Shown piece after piece: positions 28,067 to 38,827 of a DNA stretch of 64,000 nt. Made by a program: the position numbers and the translations under genes. Position 1 is the first letter of the stretch; every line of letters starts with the position of its first letter. The notes under the pieces were generated by a model. That model saw only the letters and a program-made list of their open reading frames with translations. It ran no database searches and was not told the origin of the DNA. The stretch comes from a virus (Duplodnaviria > Caudoviricetes), in the IMG/VR virus record IMGVR_UViG_3300014205_000177, positions 32,001 through 96,000 of that record. The stretch is one strand, 5' to 3'.

Positions 28067-31000
28067 TTATGTTGTAACCGATGGTGCTGGGTTTACTCCA
28101 GAACCAATAGTCATAACACTCGGATTGTCAAAGCCATCATCCATTGACCAGAAATAATAAACAGTCCCTGGTGTATATATGTTAGAGTCATTGCTTATAA
28201 CATAAGAATCAGTTGATGGATAATCCATCATAGTCTTTATATAATATCCACTTGTTTCATGTTTTATTATTCCATTTAGTTGATAATATCTTCCATTAAT
28301 TGCTGTCGTTCCAGCTCCAGATACAGTACAAATAAGAACACCAAGTGGAGAATCTTCCTCTACTCCTATAATCCAATTAGCTATAACAATAGAACCATCT
28401 GGACTATAAAGAGAAATTACATCAATACCAGAATCTACTAATACTGGAAGTGTTTTACCAACCCATTTAAAAGAATTACTCCATGAAATATAATTTCCTG
28501 CGCTGTGTGTTATTAACATTCCTCCTTGACCAGCTTGAAAGCTACCTGGAGCTAAGGTTAAATTAGAGGTTGGGCTTATTATATTTCGTTTACCAGCTAA
28601 TACTGTCTGATTGCCAGATACATTCATTGTGTTTACCGGATAGTCATATAACCAGGTTGGCACTGAGTTTATCATTTTTAAAGATTGTCCCTCTATTCCC
28701 TTTGCTAATCTCGCAGGTTCTCCATTAGCTCCACCATAAATAATATCTCCGACCGCAGTCATCGGATTTGTGATTCCGGTATTTAGTGATGGTTTATTTG
28801 TTAAATCGTTATAATTTCCACTAAATAACGTTGGTTTATTTGTAAGGTCTGCATAATTTCCACTAAAAGAAGAGACAATTGGCTTATTTGTTAAATCGTT
28901 ATAATTCCCACTAAATAACGTTGGTTTGTTCATGATGTCATTATATGAAATAGTAGTGATAAAACCAATGTCATTAGTGTAACTAGATAGATTTTTAGAT
29001 ATATTATCAAGAGATGACTGCAATGCGAAAATAGAAAGGTCTGGTTTATTAGTTAAGTCTAGATATGAAAAAGCACCTTGACTTTCGTCTATTATAAAAT
29101 TCAAGTCTTCAACCCCTAAGTCTAGAGTTATAATCCATCCTATAGTCCCACCAGCATATACTAAAATGAAAGTATCTAGCGAGTCTATGTTTATTATTTG
29201 AGACTCTCCTTCTATGTTTTTACCATTTCCGTATATGTATAACTCGTGTGATAAATTAAGTGCCTTGATAGCCACTCTGTCTCTTATGTTTGGATTTTGT
29301 GGCATATTTAAGAGAACAGCATTGTTTGTTGTATTTGCCCTATATCCATGATTATCTACCATTGTTAACTCTGAGGTAGAAACTTCCTCCCATGTTATTT
29401 TCGTATTTGGAATAACATCTATGGAAATAACACCGTCTGTTATTATCGGGTATCTTCCATCATGGTCGTGAGTAATAGTAGAATATACCCCGTCGTGAGT
29501 ATGACCCATTACAGAATATACTCCGGCATGATTATGAGAAACAAGAGAATACTCAGAAAGGTCTGGTTTATTGGTTAAATCGTTATAGTTACCTTCAAAA
29601 TATCCAGATGGTAAAATTGGAGTATTTGATAAGTCATTATAATTTCCACTGAACAATGTTGGAATATTTATTAAATCATTATAATTTCCTGAAAATAAAT
29701 TAGGAATATTCAATAAATCTAAATAGTTACCAGAAAACAATGATGGGAGATTGGCTAAATCTGAATATTCCCCACTAAAATAAGAAGATGGCAGAGACGG
29801 AGCATCTATAAGGTCTGAATAATTTCCACTAAATAATACTGGCTTATTTACTATATCCTCATACGAAACAACAGTAATATATCCTACATCATTTAAAAAA
29901 CTAGAAATTCCAGATGGGATTATCTGAATATCCTCATTTCTTGCATATATAGATAAATCTGGTTTATTAATCAAATCAGTATAGTCTCCACTGAATCCAC
30001 TTGGGATTATAGGTTTATCTGTTAAATCATTATAACTCACGCTTAACCCAGATGGAAGTATTGGAATTTCAGTCTTCAATGCGTACTGAGAAAGGTCTGG
30101 TTTGTCTTCTAATTCATTATATGACGTTATAAAAATTCCAGACGGAAATAATGGCTTATTGATTAGGTCTTCATAGTCACCGCTAAAATAATTACTTGGA
30201 AGTGTAGGTTTATCTGTCAAGTCAATATATGAGCCAGAAAACAAAGTTGGTTTATCAACTAAGTCGGTATATGAACCGCTAAATCCAGATGGAACAACTG
30301 GAATCTCTGTCTTTAAGGCATATCCAGAAAGGTCTAATTGGTCTTCTAGTTGATTATAAGATGTTATAAACACACCAGAGGGGATAATCGGTTTTTCTAA
30401 AAGGTCATTATAACTACCTGAAAAAGTAGACTTTCCATTCCAGCTTTCTCTTTCCTGTATGGTTATATGTATATTGCTATCTTCTGCGTGTGATATTGAA
30501 TTGCCAATAGCAATAGATTGTTCTTGTGTAATTCCTTGACCAATAATTACTAACGAATCAAGAAAGTCCTGCTCGGTTCCTGCGTTTCCATTTCTTAACC
30601 ATACATCATAAGCAGATGCTCCGTCACTTAATTCTATAGCGGAACCATATGTCTCACCGCTGTCTACTGACATTCTTATAAATCTGGTTCCACTTAATAC
30701 ATCGTCGCTCCACGTTTCTCCGTCCATAGAATACTGAACCATATATCTTTTAACATCTATAACCGGAGCTGGTTCTAAGGTCTCGTCATAAGGGTTATTT
30801 TTTATGTTTAAATATCCATTGAAAATTATAGTATCACTAACACTATCCCATAATAATGCTCCAAATACTTTTGAAGAGCTACTTCTCACAGTTGAAAAAA
30901 CAGTTTCTAAAACATCACTTCTCAATATCAAATTACCAACAACAACATCTCCTGATAAACTAAATCCTGTAGCTATTATTGCTTGAACTTTTGTTTTAGT

Positions 31001-31144
31001 GAATAATGATAATACTAAATTAGAAGGGTTAACATCTGAAATATTATTTATTTCTAAATCTATAATTTCTTTATAAGATGGCATTCCTACATATCTAAAA
31101 GTTTTTGTTGTTCTATTTACATTTATTACTAATTTGTTATTCAT
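28067..31144 (-). CDS. long tail fibre protein
   Basis: GASAYDVW...GTEQDFL, about 20 SG.Y.DL.NKP repeats, three HxH motifs, MTAVGDIIYGG. Confidence 0.82.
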   Translation of the reverse strand: MNNKLVINVNRTTKTFRYVGMPSYKEIIDLEINNISDVNPSNLVLSLFTKTKVQAIIATGFSLSGDVVVGNLILRSDVLETVFSTVRSSSSKVFGALLWDSVSDTIIFNGYLNIKNNPYDETLEPAPVIDVKRYMVQYSMDGETWSDDVLSGTRFIRMSVDSGETYGSAIELSDGASAYDVWLRNGNAGTEQDFLDSLVIIGQGITQEQSIAIGNSISHAEDSNIHITIQERESWNGKSTFSGSYNDLLEKPIIPSGVFITSYNQLEDQLDLSGYALKTEIPVVPSGFSGSYTDLVDKPTLFSGSYIDLTDKPTLPSNYFSGDYEDLINKPLFPSGIFITSYNELEDKPDLSQYALKTEIPILPSGLSVSYNDLTDKPIIPSGFSGDYTDLINKPDLSIYARNEDIQIIPSGISSFLNDVGYITVVSYEDIVNKPVLFSGNYSDLIDAPSLPSSYFSGEYSDLANLPSLFSGNYLDLLNIPNLFSGNYNDLINIPTLFSGNYNDLSNTPILPSGYFEGNYNDLTNKPDLSEYSLVSHNHAGVYSVMGHTHDGVYSTITHDHDGRYPIITDGVISIDVIPNTKITWEEVSTSELTMVDNHGYRANTTNNAVLLNMPQNPNIRDRVAIKALNLSHELYIYGNGKNIEGESQIINIDSLDTFILVYAGGTIGWIITLDLGVEDLNFIIDESQGAFSYLDLTNKPDLSIFALQSSLDNISKNLSSYTNDIGFITTISYNDIMNKPTLFSGNYNDLTNKPIVSSFSGNYADLTNKPTLFSGNYNDLTNKPSLNTGITNPMTAVGDIIYGGANGEPARLAKGIEGQSLKMINSVPTWLYDYPVNTMNVSGNQTVLAGKRNIISPTSNLTLAPGSFQAGQGGMLITHSAGNYISWSNSFKWVGKTLPVLVDSGIDVISLYSPDGSIVIANWIIGVEEDSPLGVLICTVSGAGTTAINGRYYQLNGIIKHETSGYYIKTMMDYPSTDSYVISNDSNIYTPGTVYYFWSMDDGFDNPSVMTIGSGVNPAPSVTT
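28785..30425 (-). repeat. degenerate FSGxYxDLxNKP coding repeats; near-identical DNA copies at about 28793 and 28883
   Basis: visible in translation and DNA (ttatttgttaaatcgttataattYccactaaataacgttggttt occurs twice). Confidence 0.85.
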
Positions 31145-31204
31145 TAATCCCTCCGGTTCTTCCTTATAATAGTATTAAAATATGTAAAAAAACACCTGTA
31201 AAAT

Positions 31205-31229
31205 AAAAAAGCCTCATTAAGAGGCTTTT
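31205..31229 (-). terminator. rho-independent terminator ending the replication block (possibly bidirectional)
   Basis: AAAAGCCTC-ATTAA-GAGGCTTTT with flanking A/T tracts. Confidence 0.8.
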
Positions 31230-31255
31230 AATAATTATTTAATATTTTTATCTAT

Positions 31256-31975
31256 TTATTGTTTATCTTTATTTGCAAACTCTTGCCAAAATTTATGTCT
31301 TTGTATTAAAAATTTAGCAGCTTCTGAAGATGTCAAACTTTCAAACTTATCAACCAATAAATATTTTTTTACTTCTTCTTCATCAAAACCATGTTCTTGA
31401 ATTATTTTTTTAATACCTTCAATTTGTACAGCAGAAATAGGGTCTGATTTTTCACCATCTTTGGTAGTTTCAGAGACCTCTACTATTGGCAACTTAATAT
31501 TATCAAGTTCATTATCTTGGTCATATAAATAGAGACCAACACCTAAAAGTGTAGCACATTTCTTTAATGCATCAGTAGTAGCTATTTTAAGGTCGTCTCC
31601 AAGACAAACTACTCTCCCATTATTATATGTGTTGATGGAAACCCCACCCCATTGCTGTTTTTCAATCCATTCACTTTTCTGCTCTCCTGGTTCACTTGGA
31701 ACTTTTAACATCCCACATACAGCAACTTGCTTTTGAGAAAAATCTACTATCCTATCAATTATATTAAAACTCCAATTAGTTCCATATACTTCATTAAGTC
31801 TCGCTATAATGTGAGAACCAGGAACATATTCTATTTCTTTTACTTCCTCTCCTCTCATTATCATTCTTTTTTTAACAAGTTCACTAGGAAATTCTTTTTT
31901 TAAGACTTCTATATCACTATATTTTTCTTCAACCTGTGCTGTTTCTTCAACTACTTCTTCTTCTTTTTTATCCAT
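31256..31975 (-). CDS. Rad52/Rad22-family (Sak-like) single-strand annealing protein
   Basis: YVPGSHIIARLNEVYGTNWS, KQQWGG, KIATTDALKKCATLLGVGLYLY. Confidence 0.85.
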   Translation of the reverse strand: MDKKEEEVVEETAQVEEKYSDIEVLKKEFPSELVKKRMIMRGEEVKEIEYVPGSHIIARLNEVYGTNWSFNIIDRIVDFSQKQVAVCGMLKVPSEPGEQKSEWIEKQQWGGVSINTYNNGRVVCLGDDLKIATTDALKKCATLLGVGLYLYDQDNELDNIKLPIVEVSETTKDGEKSDPISAVQIEGIKKIIQEHGFDEEEVKKYLLVDKFESLTSSEAAKFLIQRHKFWQEFANKDKQ

Positions 31976-32546
31976 TTTCTACTCCTATAAATATTCGTTT
32001 AAAATTAGATAATACCATATTATCTCTTTTATACATTAACTCTTTTCTGTCAAATAGTAAATTAGTTTTAAACCCATCAAATATAATATCTGATGGAAAA
32101 TAAGCATAATTGACATCTACTTTAAAACTCCAAAACTTCTTGACCATTTGATATATTAAAAAATCAACCATTGGAGAAGATTTTTTTGTACATAAAAATT
32201 TTCCATACATTTCCTCGGGTAAAGATATATAATTTTTAAAACAACAGTCTTCAAAAATAGTTGAATCTATTATTAAATCATTATCATTACACTTGTTATT
32301 TACTATTTCTAATATTTTACCTCTGTCATTTAAAACCGGTGAATAGATGTAAAATATTCTTTTAATACACCCAAACTCTGGACGTACAAATTCTTTATAT
32401 TTATTAAATGGGAGTTTATATATAACCCCATTAAAAAATACAAAAATTTTTAATTGACATTTGGGGCAAACTATAACATTATCTCCTATTTTAAGACAAT
32501 GACTACTATTCACCCCACAGTCACATTTTATAACATTTTTATTCAT
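31968..32546 (-). CDS. hypothetical protein with N-terminal Zn ribbon
   Basis: CDCG...CPKC. Confidence 0.55.
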   Translation of the reverse strand: MNKNVIKCDCGVNSSHCLKIGDNVIVCPKCQLKIFVFFNGVIYKLPFNKYKEFVRPEFGCIKRIFYIYSPVLNDRGKILEIVNNKCNDNDLIIDSTIFEDCCFKNYISLPEEMYGKFLCTKKSSPMVDFLIYQMVKKFWSFKVDVNYAYFPSDIIFDGFKTNLLFDRKELMYKRDNMVLSNFKRIFIGVENG

Positions 32547-32745
32547 TTACCTTTTTGCTTGCTATTTTAGTAAATATTAATGCTTTTTGTTCATCACTAA
32601 GAGTTATTTTAGATAGCCAGTTATTCAAACTTCCTTTTGAAACATTTACACCTTCCCTTGCAAGTTCATCAATAATTTCTGAATAACTCTTACCAGCACG
32701 ACGCAATTCAATTGCTAATTTTCTAGCCTCTCTTTTCATCTTCAC
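32539..32745 (-). CDS. small HTH DNA-binding protein
   Basis: AIELRRAGKSYSEI...VSKGSLNNW. Confidence 0.75.
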   Translation of the reverse strand: MKMKREARKLAIELRRAGKSYSEIIDELAREGVNVSKGSLNNWLSKITLSDEQKALIFTKIASKKVNE

Positions 32746-33061
32746 CTTCCTTTGTCATTGATTTATACATTTCTTCGCCTTCCTTTCTAAACTCTTCTTG
32801 AGTTAGAACTTTTTTATCTATTAATATTTTAATTAAAACATTTAAAGATAAATCTACATCCATAATCCTAGAATGAGCTTTGTTAGCAAAATCAACAAGT
32901 GATTTAATTGATTCTTTGTCTTTTGAAGCAAGTGTTAGTGAAGTAATTATAGAATCCATCTTTATACATTCGTTTTCTGCAATCTGCAAAGAATTTTCTA
33001 AAGACTTATTCACTTCTTCTAGTTCTGCAATCCTAGATTGCATTTTTTCTATTTCACTCAT
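32723..33061 (-). CDS. coiled-coil hypothetical protein
   Basis: heptad pattern; LIDKKVLTQEEF; SD AAGGAG. Confidence 0.6.
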   Translation of the reverse strand: MSEIEKMQSRIAELEEVNKSLENSLQIAENECIKMDSIITSLTLASKDKESIKSLVDFANKAHSRIMDVDLSLNVLIKILIDKKVLTQEEFRKEGEEMYKSMTKEGEDEKRG

Positions 33062-33097
33062 TTTTATCTCCTTTTTTTGTAACTGATATATTACCAG

Positions 33098-33535
33098 TTA
33101 TTTTCTAATTTTAACCTTTTGATTGACGTTTTTTGTTATACTTTCTATAGTACTATTCCTTTTTGAGCGTTCTAATGCACCAAGAGGGTCTGGAATACTA
33201 GAAGCTATACGAACTACCGGTCTACCAGTCTTCTCATCTATAGATGCACCAGGAATGCTTTTAAGTAAACTATTATTTTGAATTGTTCTATTCCCATGGT
33301 CTATAAAGTTAAGCATAACCGGTTTACCATCAACATTGATTAGTTTTTGATGTGGTTTAACTTGAATCCCTGGATTGTTAGTCTTTATGACGGAACTAGT
33401 TGCATTAAAAACCCTCCTTAATTTTGATGAACATTTTTCACATTTAGCATTTTTCCTTCCATCTTCGTCTTTCATGGAAAAAACTAATACTACATCTTCA
33501 TTACACTTTTCACAATGAAAATCATAACTTGGCAT
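33098..33535 (-). CDS. FmdB-family zinc-ribbon protein
   Basis: MPSYDFHCEKC...CEKCSSKLRRVF. Confidence 0.78.
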   Translation of the reverse strand: MPSYDFHCEKCNEDVVLVFSMKDEDGRKNAKCEKCSSKLRRVFNATSSVIKTNNPGIQVKPHQKLINVDGKPVMLNFIDHGNRTIQNNSLLKSIPGASIDEKTGRPVVRIASSIPDPLGALERSKRNSTIESITKNVNQKVKIRK

Positions 33536-33546
33536 AAATCCTCCTT

Positions 33547-35886
33547 TTATATTGAACTTAACATTTTCATGTCTTTAATTAAAAACGTTCCATCTTTATA
33601 TCTACCAGTAAATAAATATATTTTATTATTATTAAGATTATTTTTTAAAGCATCATATACATCTGGAAAAAGAATAGCATCCATATTTTGTCTTTTATCA
33701 TAAATATCTAAGAAAGCCATAGTTCTTCCATCGTTTTTACTATTTAATTTACTAATAGAATGTAGCTTAATTTCACTAACCATAGCCACTATCTTTAAAT
33801 CACTATCTGATGGGAAAAATCCGTCAATCATATCAAGTATATCTGTATTGGTTTCTTCTTCTATTATTTTTTTGAATGGCTCTGTAGGGTCTGCTGTAAC
33901 ATAATAATTACAAAGGACAAACTCTTCTCCAAGCATTTCTTCAAGAGTTCTTTTTTCTCCACTATATTCAAAATCTCTTTCTTCTTGTGCAATTTCTGAA
34001 ATACTGTATTCAACTCTTAATTTAACCCCAGAGGCTTTTCTTTTTTGTTGGTCTTTATATTTTACTATTTTCTCTTTTACAAATTCATATTTTGCTAATA
34101 AAATATCTCTGTGCTCTCCCATGAAATCAAAAACCCCAACATTAATCATATTCCTCATAACATCAGCACTTAATACCCCCATATCTGAGTTATACAAAAA
34201 TTCAGTAAAACTTTTTAAATATTCTCTATTTTTTATTAATTCTTTTACTGTTGGAGGAGTAACATTTTTTATAAAAGATAGTCCAAATTCTACAGTTTCA
34301 TCATCTCTTATTTCAAAATAAGCACCACTTGTTAAAGCACTAGGAGGAATTAGTTTTACACCAAGTGTTTTAATTTCATTAATATATGTACCTATTTTTT
34401 CTTTTTCATCTTCTCCATTTATTAATTCACACATAAATTCAGTTGGGAAATGAGCCTTAAACCACGCTGCTTGAAAAGCAATTTTACCATAAGCTACGCT
34501 ATGAGATTTATTGAAAGAATATTTCTGGGCTGTTTCAATTTGTGAAAATATTTCTTCTGTAACACTGTCAGGTCTGCCAAGAGACTTTGACTTTTCATAA
34601 AATAGAGTTTTTGCTTCTGCCATTTTTTCAGGAATTTTCTTGCCAATAGCTTTCCTAAGATTATCAGCTTCTGTCATATTAAATCCAGCATAGTCTTTAG
34701 CAATTTGCATTGCAGTTTCCTGATACAATACAGTATTAAGAGTTTCTTTCATTGAATGCTCTAAAGATGGATGTAAATATTCTATCGGAGATTCACCCTT
34801 TTTGCGCTTAATATAAAGTTCAGTTACACCTGCATGAAGAGTACCAGGTCTAATAAGTGCAGTAAGAGCAAATACATCTTCAAAACAATTGACTTTCATA
34901 CTCTTACACATATTTTGAACATATTTACGTTCTAACTGAAACACTCCTGTAGTTTCTCCTCTTGCAAAAAGTGCTAATGTTCTTTTATCATCCATTTTTA
35001 TATCTACTTCTGCATTTATTTTAATTCCACGTCTTTCATATATCCTATCCATAACCCTTTTCATAATATCAAGAGTATTTAGTCCAAGAACATCTACTTT
35101 TAAAAATCCACCATCTTCCATGTCATACATATCCCATTGAGTAATAGATGAGAATTTATCGGTTTTTGGAGATTTAAATAATGGCATATAATCTGTAATT
35201 GGTTTAGGCGTAATTACAATACCAGAAGCATGTACTCCTGTTGATTTTGATTTACCTGCTAAATCTCTAGCTATATTAAATATCTCAGGATATTTTTTAG
35301 CTTCTTCTTGTAATTCAGGAGAATCTGCAATAGCATCTTCAAAATCTATATCAGCAGATGCTGGAAATTTTTTAGCTATTCTATCTGCAACTTTAGCATG
35401 GTCTGGAATCTGTAAAGCCATAGCTATATTTCTAATTATTGCACGAGACCACATTTTACCAAATGTTATAATGTTAGCAACTCTATCGTTCCCATATTTT
35501 TCTTGTAAGTGAGTAATAACTTCGTCTCTTCTATCTTTACTAATGTCCATATCAACATCAGGCATACTTATACGGCTAGGATTAAGAAAACGTTCAAAAT
35601 ACAAACCATATTTAATAGGGTCAATAGTTGTAATTCCTACAGCATAAGCAATTAGCGAACCGCAAGCACTTCCACGACCTGGGCCTACTGGAATATTATT
35701 ATCTCTACAAAAATCAAGAATGTCTGCAATAATAAGAAAATAATCAACAAATCCCATTTTACTGACTACTTCTAACTCAAATTTTGCTCTATCGAAATAT
35801 TCTTTAGTTTCTGGAATATTTTTTTCTTTCCATCCTTTTTTCATTTTCCAACGAAGAAAGTCTAAATTATTGAATTGTCTGGACAT
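33547..35886 (-). CDS. dnaE: DNA polymerase III alpha catalytic fragment (palm, thumb, fingers, HhH, OB; no PHP)
   Basis: GPGRGSACGS, FERFLNPSR, PDVDMD, GVHASG, KVDVLGL, GVFQLE, RPG, FNKSHS. Confidence 0.93.
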   Translation of the reverse strand: MSRQFNNLDFLRWKMKKGWKEKNIPETKEYFDRAKFELEVVSKMGFVDYFLIIADILDFCRDNNIPVGPGRGSACGSLIAYAVGITTIDPIKYGLYFERFLNPSRISMPDVDMDISKDRRDEVITHLQEKYGNDRVANIITFGKMWSRAIIRNIAMALQIPDHAKVADRIAKKFPASADIDFEDAIADSPELQEEAKKYPEIFNIARDLAGKSKSTGVHASGIVITPKPITDYMPLFKSPKTDKFSSITQWDMYDMEDGGFLKVDVLGLNTLDIMKRVMDRIYERRGIKINAEVDIKMDDKRTLALFARGETTGVFQLERKYVQNMCKSMKVNCFEDVFALTALIRPGTLHAGVTELYIKRKKGESPIEYLHPSLEHSMKETLNTVLYQETAMQIAKDYAGFNMTEADNLRKAIGKKIPEKMAEAKTLFYEKSKSLGRPDSVTEEIFSQIETAQKYSFNKSHSVAYGKIAFQAAWFKAHFPTEFMCELINGEDEKEKIGTYINEIKTLGVKLIPPSALTSGAYFEIRDDETVEFGLSFIKNVTPPTVKELIKNREYLKSFTEFLYNSDMGVLSADVMRNMINVGVFDFMGEHRDILLAKYEFVKEKIVKYKDQQKRKASGVKLRVEYSISEIAQEERDFEYSGEKRTLEEMLGEEFVLCNYYVTADPTEPFKKIIEEETNTDILDMIDGFFPSDSDLKIVAMVSEIKLHSISKLNSKNDGRTMAFLDIYDKRQNMDAILFPDVYDALKNNLNNNKIYLFTGRYKDGTFLIKDMKMLSSI

Positions 35887-38267
35887 TTTTTGTCGCCTTC
35901 CATTATTGGTTTTAATTTCATTCTTGAATAATCTACAAGCGGAGTAGAAAGAGGATTTTTAATATCTACATATTTCTTTTTTATGCCACTATTAGGTTTC
36001 CAATAACTTTTAGAAATACTATCCATAATAGCACTAGCTTCTTCAAATGGCATATCTATACATTTAGATACAATACCCATTTTTGCTAAAAAGAAAAGTT
36101 GCTTAGGAGTACACAATCCTTTTTCACGCCTCTTTATAATAGCATCAACTATCCTGTTTGCAAATCCTTTGTTCATTTTTTTATCCATAAAAATTCCAAC
36201 TTTTGTTAGAAACTCTATTTGCTTTTCACTAATAGGTTGAAATTCCCAATGAAATATAGGTTCATAATTTAATAATGAATCATTTTTAGACAAAAATGCA
36301 AATGTTTTAAAATTCTTTAAATTCTTTTTAAATAAATCAACTTGCGCAATTTTTCTAGCCTCTTCCATTTTAGCTTGAAAAAGAATACAATCAATAATAT
36401 AATGTAAGTCAACTAAATTATAACTATTATTACAATTAGAAATGAGAAAATCACGCATTGCATTAGCTACAGCTTCGTTTTCTGCAATTAGTTTAGATGG
36501 ATGAAATATCTCTTTATTTGATTTCCATATTAAATCAAATAATAATAAGTTTTCTTTACCATTCATCAACCTTGTTCCTCTTCCCATTGCTTGTTTATAA
36601 AAATTAAAAGATTGAGTTGGTCTTAAATTTACAATACAATCAACTGATGGCTCATCCCAGCCCTCATTAAGAAGCAAACTACAAGTTAAAACTTTAATTT
36701 TATTATTAGAAAATGCTTCTAGTTTTTCTTTTCTATCCTTATCTTTACCTGAAATATGAGTAACGTTAAAACCACAAGTAGACATTGCTTTTGCAACTTC
36801 TATAGCTCCATCAATTCTAGGTGTAAATACCACTATTTTTCTATTTGGAGTGTGTTTCATTAAATATTTTGATACAGCTGAAAAATAAGGAGAAATAGCA
36901 TCTTCAAGTTCCCCAACTGAAAAATCTCCAGAAGAGTTTTTAACTTTTGAAATATCTACAGATATATTTGCAGTACGTGCTATTATATTAGACAACCAAC
37001 CATCTTTAATGGCATCTGGAAGTTCATATTCAAATGCTTTTATTTCAAATACTTCGCTTAATTTTTTCTGGTCAGCACGGTCTGGAGTTGCTGTAACACC
37101 TAATAATTTAGATTCAGAAAAATGATTAACTATACGCATATATGTATCTGAAACAATATGATGTGCCTCATCAACTATTATTAAATCAAAAAAATCTTTA
37201 GGATACCTATTAAGCCTTTTTTCTATACATAAAGAATCTTTACTTGCAAAAATTAATTGATGATTTAAATCACCAATAGAACTTTCTTTCTCTAAACTAA
37301 AATCAATACCAGAATCAATTTTTAAAAACTTTTCTATTGCTTGATTTATTAATTCTTCTCTATGAGCAATTATTAATACTTTTCCACCATCTTTTATAAT
37401 ATCAGAAGCTATGGAGTTAAATACTATAGTCTTACCACAATTATGAGTAATTATATTACCTTCCATTAAATATCTTCTATCACCACTTACATGAAATCCA
37501 TAACACGTTCCTACTGCTTCTTTTTCTATAGATTTTATAATTCTAAGAAAAGGTTTTTCTCTAAAACCCTTTATTATTAACCCTGCATCGCAAATGACAC
37601 CATGATTTAAAAATACCGAATCGCACAGTCTGCCTAAATCTTTTCTTATATTAACATTCTTTTTTGGAAAAAAACAAGAAGGATTTCCTTTGTTATTTTT
37701 TAAATGAACCATAAAACCTTTGATAAATTCAATTCTATCTTCGAAAGACATTCTAAAATACTCTTCTTTAATATCCATATCTTTTCTTGCTTTTATACCT
37801 AACATATAAGGTTCAAGGAGTTTATTTTTATAAGGATTCCCAACTCTCAAAATAGGAGCCATTATCATTTTTATATGGTTATTTAAAAGATACTTTGAAT
37901 AAAAACTCATATGCCTAATTGGTACATCTTTTATTACGTCTTTATTGTTACTAGTATCAATAATTGAAAATAAATGATTTCCACCAAGAAGAAATTCGTT
38001 TCTATCTCTTGTAGATTTAACTCTATATATATCATCTTCACTTACAATTACTTCTAATACTGTCCTTGGTGTAGAATCTGCCCCCATTAATTGGTCTCCA
38101 GCCTTGATGTCTTCTACTTTAACTAAATGACCAGTATATTTTAAAACTCTTTGTCCTTTTGCATGACATCCCGTTGGTAAAACTAATAAAACTTTTTTAA
38201 ACCCACTTAACCAAGCTTCTTTTATTGATGATATTGCTTCTTTTTGATAAGGTCTCAAATTTATCAT
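35862..38267 (-). CDS. SF2 DEAH helicase with an intein in Walker A
   Basis: LRPYQ, LPTG/CGKT, DEAHH, TATPDR, EGWD, QAMGRGTR. Confidence 0.92.
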   Translation of the reverse strand: MINLRPYQKEAISSIKEAWLSGFKKVLLVLPTGCHAKGQRVLKYTGHLVKVEDIKAGDQLMGADSTPRTVLEVIVSEDDIYRVKSTRDRNEFLLGGNHLFSIIDTSNNKDVIKDVPIRHMSFYSKYLLNNHIKMIMAPILRVGNPYKNKLLEPYMLGIKARKDMDIKEEYFRMSFEDRIEFIKGFMVHLKNNKGNPSCFFPKKNVNIRKDLGRLCDSVFLNHGVICDAGLIIKGFREKPFLRIIKSIEKEAVGTCYGFHVSGDRRYLMEGNIITHNCGKTIVFNSIASDIIKDGGKVLIIAHREELINQAIEKFLKIDSGIDFSLEKESSIGDLNHQLIFASKDSLCIEKRLNRYPKDFFDLIIVDEAHHIVSDTYMRIVNHFSESKLLGVTATPDRADQKKLSEVFEIKAFEYELPDAIKDGWLSNIIARTANISVDISKVKNSSGDFSVGELEDAISPYFSAVSKYLMKHTPNRKIVVFTPRIDGAIEVAKAMSTCGFNVTHISGKDKDRKEKLEAFSNNKIKVLTCSLLLNEGWDEPSVDCIVNLRPTQSFNFYKQAMGRGTRLMNGKENLLLFDLIWKSNKEIFHPSKLIAENEAVANAMRDFLISNCNNSYNLVDLHYIIDCILFQAKMEEARKIAQVDLFKKNLKNFKTFAFLSKNDSLLNYEPIFHWEFQPISEKQIEFLTKVGIFMDKKMNKGFANRIVDAIIKRREKGLCTPKQLFFLAKMGIVSKCIDMPFEEASAIMDSISKSYWKPNSGIKKKYVDIKNPLSTPLVDYSRMKLKPIMEGDKKCPDNSII
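37440..38168 (-). mobile_element. intein (243 aa) with degenerate endonuclease
   Basis: CHAKGQRVL start, GGNH, CYGFHV...ITHN/C end; removal restores PTG-CGKT. Confidence 0.9.
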
Positions 38268-38827
38268 TTAAAAATCCTTGTTTCTAAAATATTTTTCCCT
38301 ACATTATACTTTAATAATTTTTCCAAAAGAAATAAAGAACTTCTAGCATCACCAAGAGCATCGTGATTACCATATTCTATATTAAAATATTCACACAATG
38401 TTGAAAGTTTCATATCATCAACATCTACTTTTGCTAAAGATGCCATAGTACAGGTATCTATGAATCTAACTGTTCCGAGTGATTTTCCACAAAAATTAAT
38501 TCTCTTATTGATAATAGGGAGGTCACTTTTTCTTATATTATGACCAACAATAATAGCCCCTGAAAAAAAAGATAATATCTTTTCGTGTCTTTCTTCAAAA
38601 CTTTCTTCTCCTAATCTTCTATCATCTGATATTTTATGAGTTTTTAATGCGTAATATGTACTCTTTCCGCCTCCAAACATCCTAGAATATTCATTTATTT
38701 TACCAGATAAAAATTCTACTATTCCAAGTTGTATTATCCTATTATTATCTCCAGATTCACCTGTTGTCTCTATATCAACAGCTATTAATCTCTCAGTGGG
38801 AAATTTTTCAATTATTTGTTTAAACAT
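38264..38827 (-). CDS. DEDDh 3'-5' exonuclease (DnaQ/epsilon-like)
   Basis: DIETTG, GHN...D, IDT, HDALGD. Confidence 0.88.
   Translation of the reverse strand: MFKQIIEKFPTERLIAVDIETTGESGDNNRIIQLGIVEFLSGKINEYSRMFGGGKSTYYALKTHKISDDRRLGEESFEERHEKILSFFSGAIIVGHNIRKSDLPIINKRINFCGKSLGTVRFIDTCTMASLAKVDVDDMKLSTLCEYFNIEYGNHDALGDARSSLFLLEKLLKYNVGKNILETRIFK

Noticed and set aside
28785-30425. CRISPR-like array
   Set aside because: Repeats are degenerate, in-frame protein repeats inside a tail fibre, with no unique spacers
21069-31144. Diversity-generating retroelement acting on tail genes
   Set aside because: No reverse transcriptase and no template/variable repeat pair with adenine-specific mismatches seen in this window
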